Positions 53,542-64,000 of a stretch of DNA of 64,000 nucleotides are shown here, one piece after another. How positions within the stretch are numbered: position 1 is the stretch's first letter; every line of letters begins with the position of its first letter. The notes beneath the pieces were generated by a model. The model was given only the letters and a program-made list of their open reading frames with translations, was not told where the DNA came from and did not search any database. The stretch spans positions 293,818,001-293,882,000 of the forward strand of contig OZ024741.1 in assembly GCA_964016885.1 (NCBI GenBank). The letters run 5' to 3'. The translations under genes were made by a program, and so were the position numbers. The stretch is from Eledone cirrhosa. Taxonomy: Eukaryota.

Positions 53542-55061
53542 ATCATCATCATCATCATCATCACTGTTTTACGTCCGTTCTTCCACGCTAGCATGAGTTA
53601 GATGGGTTGTCCTGTTGTGGGAAGTGTCTGGTCGGCTGACCATGCCTTGCTCATACAGGAACTGATTTGGCTTGATTTCTACAGCTGGATGCCCTTCCTA
53701 ACACCAACCTCATTTACAGTGAGTGCTGGGTGCTTTTTCGTGGCGCCTACACGTCCACTTTACAGTGTGGGCTGGGTGCTTTTTTTGCCGTGGCACCTCT
53801 ACGACCACCTTGCGGTGGGGGGTGTGGGGGCATATTGTCTATATGCTTCAGCTTGTACCCATGGGAGGTCGGGTACTCTGTATTACTGCGTGACGCCAGA
53901 AGTCACGGTCGTGTGTCATTGTCTTTGAGAGGTGTAATTGGGTAAGGTCGGCTTTTATCACCTCATCCCAGGTCATCTTGGGTCTCCCCACTCCGCGGTT
54001 TCCATCAACTTCTAGTGCTCTGCACCTTTTTATGCAGCTGTCATCCTTCATACGCATCACATGTCCATACCAGCGCAGCCGCCTCTCCTGCACACAGCAT
54101 TTGATTCCTCTTATGCTCAGTCTCTCTCTCAATTCATTTATGCTTTGGCGTTCACATATATTATTGTTACACATCCATCGGAGCATGCAGGCTTCGTTTC
54201 TCTCTAATCTACGTAAGTCTTCCACCTTCAGCGCCCAGGTCTCGCTACCATGCAACATCACTGTTCGGATACACGCATCATACAGTCTGCCTTTAATTCT
54301 GAGGGAGAAGCCTTTTGCAGCTAGCAGTGGTAGTAGTTCCCTAAACTTCTTCCATCCCGTTCTTACCCTAGTTATTGCACTTTCTGTACACCCACCTCCG
54401 TTGCTAATTCGGTCACCTAGGTAGCAGAAGCTGTCTACTGTTTCTACAGGGCCCTCCCAGAGATAGGTGGTACTTGTTTCCTGTGGCTGTTTGCTGTTTG
54501 CTGTCTCAGCACAGCTGCTGCATGTGAATCCTACATTCTTAATTAAGCTTCCTGAGATCCCGCTACATCTCTTGTGTACCCATTGTTTGCATTTGGGGCA
54601 GAGAATGGAGTTCCTACCTACACCTTTCCTACATACTGAGCAAGGCCATTTCCCTGAGGGGATCTGGGTTCTGTTTTCTCGTCTACTTACAAGGACCTTA
54701 GTCTTTGTCATGTTGACTTTGAGACCCTTTCTTTCTAGTCCCTGCTTCCAGGTTTGGAATTTATTCTCTAGTTCTACCATAGATTCAGCTATGAGTGCGA
54801 GATCATCAGCATACAGGAGTTCCCATGGGCATCCGGTCTTAAACTCCTCCGTTATTGCCTGCAGGACTATGATGAACAGGATGGGGCTATGAACAGAGCC
54901 CTGGTGGACCCCAACCTGTACGCTAAATTCCTCGCTATACTCATTGCTAATCCTAACTTTGCTGACTGCTCCCTTATACATGACTTGTACCGCTTTCACA
55001 AGCCATTCATCTACTCCTAGTTTTCTAAGAGCCCACCAGATTACAGCACGTGGAACTCTGT
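53542..55061 (-). mobile_element. 5'-truncated RTE LINE: RT C-half, PHD-type finger, C-terminus, 3' UTR
   Basis: ORF 53848-54999 contains GVHQGS, LLYADD, CSVC..CPKC..HKRC..CSSC, FCYLG, LHGSETW. The 3' part is nearly identical to 50371-51153, in inverted orientation. Confidence 0.93.
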
Positions 55062-55359
55062 ATATATGTATGGCTGACTAAATATGCAAGAGTGTTTTCT
55101 TCTCAACGTTTTTTTCCCTCATTTTCCCCATTCATTCCCCTTCTCACTCTTTTCTTTCTATTCATCTTCTATTTCTACCTCTATCTTCTGATGAAAGAGT
55201 AGTGTCCAAAACGGCAAGACACTCTTCCTGCTAATTCAAGCGTTAAACTAATATATTTCTACTGTGTAGTTTGTTTTGTTATTTCTGTTTACCTTTACAC
55301 ACACACACATATTCCCACAAATACACAAAAATACTATAATCGACCCCTAGCACTTGAAC

Positions 55360-55398
<39 letters not shown>

Positions 55399-55499
55399 GA
55401 TTTTACTTTCAAATTGTTCTTTCTATATACACACATTCTGCTGATAAACATCCACAGATTTCTACATACACCAAATAACTTCATTAACCAAAGAATATA

Positions 55500-55564
<65 letters not shown>

Positions 55565-56023
55565 CTTTTAAAGAAAACCAGAGAATTAAGAAATATAAAA
55601 TGTAAGCAAAAAAATGGTAAATTGAACTGGTTCTGACTTGTTTAACCGGTACCTTATTTCAATATCAGATAAAACTTCTTGACCTGTAAACTATAAATAG
55701 TTAATTAATGTTCTCAAATTCAAACAACACCCAAAAGCTAGTTTAGATAGAATTAAATAGAAAACATAATCATCATCATAACACCATTTCCCACACACAA
55801 ATATATGTGTGGGTGAATGCGTGTATACTTTTATGTGAGCATATTTTTGTATATAATGTATATTTATTTATATATTTTCTATGTATGTGATTGTGTAAAG
55901 ATGCATATATATATATATATATATATCATCATCATCAACGTTTAACGTCCGTGTTCCACGCTTGCATGGGTTTGGACGGGGGTTTTCCCACTTGAGGCAA
56001 GAGTGATTATCTTGCTCGCATAG

Positions 56024-56075
<52 letters not shown>

Positions 56076-56512
56076 CAAATTACACAACCACAAGATAATT
56101 TGTGTATCAATAGTAGTGTAACCATATGCCTCACACTATCTTACTCGATGGTAACTGAAATACATTTCAGAAACAGGGTATACTCATATAACTTTAGTAG
56201 TGTAGTGGCAATAATTAAACAAAACAATTAGGATTATCAATAACATTAATACAACCAATTAATAAATCAATCAATAAAAAAAAAATATAAAAAAATATTG
56301 TTGTATACACAAACCCAAGCCAGTTTAACCAATGCCTAACTGTCAGTTATCATTGCCTGAAAGATAAGCAATACTAGTAGATATATCATCTTTAAGATGC
56401 TAGAGTAGGCTTTAAAATCTCAGGTAGCATACAACTGTATTGAAAATTTATATATATATTTGAAAAAAGAGAAGAATGACTTCACTGGTGGCTGGTATGT
56501 TTTATTAGTTCA

Positions 56513-56764
56513 ATGTTTGATAAGTGCTCCTCCTTCTTATTCTTGAGTGACTGTCTGATCTCCGAGCTACACACTCTATCGATTAACGTTACTCCCCATT
56601 TCAGCCACATTAAGCACTATGTCCAGTCTTTCTGGGCAAGACTGACAGCTGTCTGGAACTCCCTGCTTACTCATGTGTTTCTAAAAGGAATGGACTTGCA
56701 AAAGTTTAAACAGAACATAGAGGACAGCGATTTCTCTTATTATAGAAGGGCCTGTGATAGTTAA
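56513..56764 (+). mobile_element. CR1/L2/Jockey-type LINE 3' remnant
   Basis: QSFWARLTAVWNSLLTHVF...DLQKFKQNI resembles the SFF.R...WNSLP...FK C-terminal motif of these LINEs. Confidence 0.6.
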
Positions 56765-57363
56765 GGGAACTTCCTTGACCTCTAGAGCTAACAAGTGAAA
56801 AAAATAGTTGGAAAATCTGATATACACTTAATTGATAAATGGCTCTGACACAATCTGTATATTATAACTGGCTACATCTTTTTATGTTCTTGGTAAATTG
56901 AAATCTTGCTATGACTTATATATTACTGACTGTATTTCTAACGAGAATAATATACTGTCTTTGTGTTTTAATTATCAAAATAATAAAGAATGGTGGGATC
57001 AAACTTGACACTGTGTGGTTTTGTAGAAAACCTTTTAACTACACAGCCATAGATAATAATTAAAATGGTACAAATAGTGCAGAACAAAGACTGGATTGAA
57101 TATAAAAGTAGACAGTATAAAATAATAAAATAGCAAGAGAGAGTGCGTGAGTGGTGCCATTAATATTTACCATTCAAGAAATGTCTCAAACAAATATATA
57201 TATATTAATATATATATATGTGTGTGTGTGTGTGTGCCAGTGTGTGTATATATACACACACACACATATATATATATGTATATATATATAGAGAGAGAGG
57301 TAGAACACTGAAAGGTAATATCCGTAGTGGTAGAACACTCAGTCCATGGAACGAGTTAGTTAG

Positions 57364-57499
57364 AAGTGGTAACACAACAGTTAGTTCACGATACCGAGAA
57401 CAATTGTTTCACCTTAGCAGGTCCTCATTACGAGCTGAGGATCCGCTAAGGTGAAACAATTGTTCTTGGTATGGTGAACTAACTGTTGTGTTACAACTT
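57364..57499. repeat. Fold-back palindrome (~64-bp arms) centred on a hammerhead motif
   Basis: AAGTGGTAACACAACAG...GGTCCTCA / TGAGGATCC...CTGTTGTGTTACAACTT, with 8-nt spacer TTACGAGC. Confidence 0.9.
57431..57468 (+). ncRNA. Minimal type I hammerhead ribozyme motif with palindromic stem III
   Basis: CGAG-CTGAGGA-TCC-GCTAA-GGT-GAAAC-AATT-GTT-CTTG: stem I CGAG/CTTG, intact core, self-complementary ACAATTGT, predicted GUU cleavage triplet. Confidence 0.7.
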
Positions 57500-57519
57500 A
57501 TATATATATATATATATAT

Positions 57520-59270
57520 GGGAGTAGGGAAGAATATGCAGCCACTAAGAGAGAAGCTAGACGTCAGGTGTACTTAGCACGCAGGGAGGCAGAGAGTAGG
57601 AGGTTTGCCAATGTTGTGCGACGGGAAGATCAGAGGCGTGCGGTGTTCCACATTGCAAGGCAGTGTGTCAATGCAAATCAGGATGTTGTTGGAGATAAAT
57701 GTGTCCGGGATGATGCCGGTGTACTTAGTGTCACGAATGACCAGAAAAAGGAGGCCTGGAAATGTCATTATGAGAGACTGATGAATGTGGAGAACGAATG
57801 GGAGAGAGAGAAATTACCCTTGGTAGATCCGACAGAGGGACCAGCTATTGAGATTGATGAATATAGGGTCCAAGAGGCGATTAGGGAAATGAAAAATGGT
57901 AAGGCGGCCGGACCATCGGGAATAGTTGCTGAGATGCTGAAGGCATCAGGGGACGTAGGCACTAAACTGGTTGCACGCATCATCAATCAGGCTATATATG
58001 GTGGTGTCATACCCAAAGACTGGTGCAGCAGTATTCTCATAAATTGCTACAAAGGTAAAGGGGATGCTTTGGAGAGGAGCAATTATAGGGGTATAAAACT
58101 GATAGATCAGGTTATAAAAGTGGCAGAAAGGATTTTAGCACAACTAATTAGAGAAAGGGTAAAACTAGATGAGATGCAGTTTGGTTTTGTGCCTGGGAAG
58201 AGTACAACAGATGCCCTCTTCTTGGTGAGACAAATGCAAGAGAGGTTCTTAGAGAAGAATAAGCCACTATACTTAGCCTTTGTTGACCTAGAGAAGGCCT
58301 TTGATAGGGTACCCCGAACTGTCATCTGGTGGTCCCTAAGGAAGCTAGGTGTTGAGGAATGGCTTGTGAGGACAGTGCAAACTTTGTACAGAGGTACTCT
58401 CAGTAAAGTCAGGGTAGGAATGGAGTTTAGTGAGGAATTCCAGATACAAGTAGGAGTACATCAGGGTTCGGTCCTCAGCCCGCTCTTGTTCATTATAGTC
58501 CTCCAAGCCATAACAGAGGAGTTTAAGACTGGCTGTCCATGGGAACTTCTCTATGCTGACGATCTGGCTCTTATAGCAGAATCAGTAGAAGAGCTAGAGA
58601 ATAAATTCTGGCTATGGAAACAGCAGTTGGAATCAAGAGGACTGAGAGTAAATCTAGCTAAGACAAAAGTGTTGATGAGTAGAAAAGAGGACAAAACCCT
58701 GATTCCGTCAGGGAAATGGCCATGTTCGATATGCAGAAAAGGAACTGGCATAAATTCTATAAAATGCACACAATGCAGGTCCTGGGTACACAAGAGATGT
58801 AGCGGGATAGCAGGCAAACTAACAGGTAGGGAGAAATATGTATGCAGTAGATGTACAGGGAAATTAGACAGTAGAAGTCGCACTGATAGACACATTTTTC
58901 AAATGCGAGAGGGCGCTATAGAAGTGGTGGATAGCTTCCGGTACCTAGGAGATCAGATTAGCATGGGAGGAGGGTGTTCCGAGGCCATAGTATCTAGAAT
59001 AAGGACGGGATGGAAGAAGTTTAGGGAGCTGTTTCCTCTGTTGACGAAGAAGGGTTTCTCCCTGCGTACGAAAGGCCGGTTGTATGATGCCTGTGTGAGG
59101 AGCGCGATGCTGCATGGTAGTGAGACATGGGCAGCAACCGCAGAGGATATGCGACGGCTGGAGATAAATGAGGCAAGCATGCTCCGTTGGATGTGCAGTG
59201 TAAATGTGCGTGAACAACCCAGCATAAATGTGTTGAGAGAGAAACTGTGTCTGAGAGGGATAGAATGTAG
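57520..59270 (+). mobile_element. RTE LINE internal fragment with an uninterrupted RT domain + PHD-type finger
   Basis: [48 protein letters not shown] (58552-58563), C4HC3 insert, FRYLG, LHGSETW. Same subfamily as 23850-25665. Broken at ~59270 by an antisense SINE. Confidence 0.94.
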
Positions 59271-59271
59271 G

Positions 59272-59807
<536 letters not shown>

Positions 59808-59809
59808 TT

Positions 59810-59849
<40 letters not shown>

Positions 59850-59934
59850 TTGAGATACATATATATGTATATATATATGTATATATATACGTATATATGT
59901 ATAGATACATATGTGTATATATATATACATATAT

Positions 59935-61356
59935 GTCGTCTTTCATGCACATCACGTGACCGTACCAACGTAGTTTTCTCTCGAGTAAACAACATCTGAT
60001 CCCTCTTATTCCTAATTTCTCCCTTAGTTCGTTTATACTTTGCTGTTCACGTATATTACTATTACACATCCAGCGGAGCATGCAAGCTTCGTTTCTCTCC
60101 CATCTGCGTATATCCTCTGCACACAATGCCCAGGTCTCACTGCCATGTAATATTGCTGTTCGTATGCAGGCATCATACAGCCTGCCTTTCATTTTTAGAG
60201 AGAACCCTTTAGCGGCCAATAGTGTTATAAGCTCTCTGAACTTTTTCCATCCCGTTCTGACTCTAGCTACCGTACTTTCAGAGCACCCTCCCCCACTGCT
60301 GATTTTGTCAATCAGGTAACGGAAGCTGTCCACTATTTCTATAGAACAATCTGTGCAATAGAAGGAGCTAGTATTCTGTGGGCACTTGCTGCTACTTATT
60401 GTACCAGAGCACCGGCCACATATAAAATCTATATTCTTAGTTAGCTTACCTGTGATCCCACTACATCTTTTATGCACCCATACTTTGCATTTGGGACATA
60501 AAATGGAGTTTCTGCCTACTCCTTTCCTACACACTGAGCATGGCCATTTCCCAGATGGGACCAGTGCCCTACTTTCCTTCCTACAAACTAGAACTTTAGT
60601 CTTAGACAAGTTAACTTTAAGGCCTTTTGATTCTAGGCCATGCTTCCATGTTTGGAATTTCTTCTCTAGTTCCGCCATTGATTCAGCTATGAGCGTTAGA
60701 TCATCTGCGTATAGGAGTTCCCATGGGCAGCCGGTCTTGAACTCCTCTGTTATAGCCTGAAGGGCAATAATAAATAGTAGGGGACTAAGGACGGAGCCCT
60801 GATGAACACCAACTTTTACGCTAAACTCTTCACTATATTCGTTGTTAATTCTAACCTTGCTGATTGTTTCTTTATACATGGCTTGTATAGCTCTCACAAG
60901 CCATTCATCAACACCTAGTTTTCTAAGCCCCCACCAGATAATCGAGCGGGGTACTCTGTCAAAGGATTTCTCCAAGTCAACAAAGGCTAAGTATAGGGTT
61001 TACTTTTAGCTAGGTACTTCTCCTGTAGTTGTCGTCACAAACCCGAACTGCATTTCGTCTAGATCAATTCTCTCTCTGATTAGTTGCGCTATTACTTTTT
61101 CTGTGACCTTCAGGACCTGGTCGATTAATTTAATGCCTCTATAGTTTCTCCTATCTAGGGCATCACCTTTACCCTTGTAACAGTTAATGATGATGGTGCT
61201 ACGCCAGTCCTTCGGAACGACCCCATTCTGTATGACTTGGTTTACTATCCGAGTGACCATAGTGTGTCCCACCGTTCCAGATGCTTTCAGCATTTCAGCA
61301 ACTATTTCCAAAGGCCCGGCCGCCTTGCCTGTCTTCATGTCTTTGATCGCCTTACT
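59935..61356 (-). mobile_element. RTE LINE internal fragment (third subfamily), RT + PHD-type finger, frameshift/deletion near 61000
   Basis: ORFs 61006-61338 and 59548-60975 contain [54 protein letters not shown]. Both ends abut (TA)n. Confidence 0.92.
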
Positions 61357-61750
61357 TATTATATATATGCATATATATATATATGTGTATGTGTGCGTAT
61401 GTATATATATATATGTATGTACATGTGTATATACGTATGTATATAAGATGGTGTATGTATATGTGTGAGTGAGTCTGTTTATCTACATATATATAAGCAT
61501 ATTACAACAAAGCTAATATAGACACAATCACAGACACCCTAGAAATTGTCAATTTCCTCACTAGATGCAACATTGTTCAATGAATTTTCTATTTTCCTGG
61601 ACACAGTCAAGTTTTTCTACTTTATTATTTCAGAAAGATATTCATAATTCCTTACTATTTATTGTTATTCCTGTTATTTCAATATTCCATTTGTATGTTA
61701 CCATATTGCAAACACATATATATACATACATATATATATAGAGAGAGAGA

Positions 61751-62558
61751 TAATAGGAAAAAGTATGACCCCGACGGCAGAGCTCAAGTCGTTTCGACGG
61801 CTATTTCTGGATTAAATTAGAATTTTTAGCCTGGTAAATAAATAGCCGAACTTTTCAAGGGGTAATTCCTTATATGGGAAGATTGTAGTTGTCAGGAGGA
61901 TTGGTCAAAATTTGTTGTAAACAGAATAAGTCTATCATGGCGGTGGGGGGGGGGGGACTGAACTTGCCTGTAGAACAATGAGGGAGTGGGTGGAGCCGAT
62001 CAAGCGTTGAAAGTGAAATCTATATTCTAAGGATTGTGTATGAAAGTAGGCCAGAGAAGGTAGGCGAAAAAAGGTTTCTGGAGAAAATAGAGGAGGGACG
62101 TTATAGAATGGCTAAATCAATTGAGATTATGTTTAATTTTTATATATCTTTCTCTTATTTTTTTATTGTCACCTAATCTCAATTGATTTAGCCATTCTAT
62201 AACGTCCCTCCTCTATTTTCTCCAGAAACCTTTTTTCGCCTACCTTCTCTGGCCTACTTTCATACACAATCCTTAGAATATAGATTTCACTTTCAACGCT
62301 TGACCGACTCCACCCACTCCCTCATTGTTCTACAGGCAAGTACAGCCACCCCCACCTCCCACCCACTGCCATGAGAGACTTATTTCTGTTTACAACAAAT
62401 TTTGACCAATCCTCTTGACAACTACAATATTCCCATATAAGGAAGTACCCCTTGAAAAGTTTGGCTATTTATTTACTAGACTAAAAAATCTAATTTAGTC
62501 CAGAAATAACCACCGAAACGGCTTGAGCTCTGCCGTCGGGGTCATACTTTTTCCTATT
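61751..62558. repeat. Long inverted repeat, ~380-bp arms, ~44-bp spacer (probably a 5'-inverted PLE terminus)
   Basis: 61751-62129 is complementary to 62174-62558. The spacer plus right arm reads SLIFLLSPNLN*, reminiscent of PLE GIY-YIG C-termini (weak support). Confidence 0.9.
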
Positions 62559-62837
62559 ACCCTAAGTATTGAGTACTCTGGTGCATTATGGTCCATCTGG
62601 TTCCTTACCACAACTCCTTTGTTATATATATAGAGAGAGAGGTAGTCTGTGGTGCTGAGACCTAGTAGACCACTAATCATGTGAGTACTCGATACATGGG
62701 GAGATGTAGAGTCGGTATAGAGATGTGTAAAATCCTGACTGTGGCCCTTAAAAAGGCTTGCTGAACGCACAAGCTGAAATCACTTGGGGCTATGGCCGGA
62801 ATTTTACATACATCACTCTCTCTCTCATTCTCTCTCT

Positions 62838-63044
<207 letters not shown>

Positions 63045-63045
63045 G

Positions 63046-63086
<41 letters not shown>

Positions 63087-63184
63087 TTAGTTATACTATT
63101 TATGGTTATGTAAGTACAGAACCTTATGCAGTTATAAGTATTTTTTATATACACCCTAAATAGTGGTAGGCAGTAATGTATTAC

Positions 63185-63304
<120 letters not shown>

Positions 63305-63594
63305 TAAAAAAATAATGAATAAAACAATGAAACAGTTCCTTATATTAAACAAAAAAAGTTCATTATTTAACGATCGTTTCTAGGATATATATGTGTTAGA
63401 ATTGGCATGCATATTCAACAGATCTATGTACAAAATTATACAAAATTATACAAACTATCAAAATTAAATATACATACCAACACATATATATGCCGTCTTC
63501 AGAAATAATGATTATATATATATATAGTAATAATAAATTTGAAGACTAAAATCCAAAGAGGTCTCGATAAGGATAAATATATATCAGATATAAT

Positions 63595-63937
63595 GGAGGC
63601 ACATGGCTTAGTGGTTAGAGCATTGGCCTTGCAATCGAAAGGTTGTGAGTTCAATTCTCAGACCGGGTGATGTGTTGTTTCTTTGAGCAAGACACTTTAT
63701 TTCACATTGCTCCAGTTTACTCAGCTGTAGAAATGAGATGATAGGGACTGGGGTCCATATCATTCCACTGCAAAGTGGTCGTGGAGATACCACGGCAAAA
63801 AAGCACCCACCACTCACTGTAAAATGAGGTTGGTGTTAGGAAGGGCATCCAGCTGTAGAAATCAAGCCAGAATCAGTTCCCGTCCAACCCTTGCAAGCAG
63901 GGAAAAGCGGACATAAAATGATGATGATGATGATGAT
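63595..63937 (+). mobile_element. tRNA/CORE-like SINE with an alternative RTE tail
   Basis: Head nearly identical to 691-880; ends CGTCCAACCCTTGCAAGCAGGGAAAAGCGGACATAAAA(TGA)n. Confidence 0.88.
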
Positions 63938-64000
63938 ATATAAGAACCGTAGAGCAAATATTTATTAAAATAACAGATTAAAGTTTAAGCAAAGAATCGC
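63938..64000 (-). mobile_element. 3' end of a second copy of the 10410-12478 PLE family (runs off the window)
   Basis: Reverse complement of 12349-12411 (GCGATTCTTTGCTTAAACTTTAATCTG...ACGGTTCTTATA). Confidence 0.9.

Overview
This is eukaryotic (animal), AT-rich, repeat-dominated DNA with no recognisable host protein-coding exon. Very abundant (TA)n/(CA)n/(ATT)n/(GAT)n microsatellites, RTE LINEs, Penelope-like elements (PLEs) and CORE/Deu-type tRNA SINEs are most consistent with a coleoid cephalopod (Octopus-like) intron or intergenic region; that assignment is inference. Main contents: (1) a 5.1-kb 21-bp minisatellite that produces the four giant ORFs at 1.3-7.1 kb; (2) one apparently intact R4/Dong-type non-LTR retrotransposon (1130 aa, RT + CCHC + restriction-like endonuclease) inside (TAA)n; (3) fragments of at least three RTE LINE subfamilies, each with a C4HC3 PHD-type finger between the RT YADD and FxYLG motifs; (4) two PLE families with GIY-YIG endonucleases and hammerhead-ribozyme-like motifs in their 3' ends; (5) six fold-back palindromes, one centred on a hammerhead motif and two sharing a conserved fold-back point; (6) two SINE families, a Helitron-like non-autonomous element with hairpin-bearing tandem repeats, and a CCAAT/E-box/E2F motif cluster at the left edge. 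Most short ORFs in the supplied track are microsatellite artefacts or antisense shadows of retroelements. Coordinates were read by eye and are approximate where stated.
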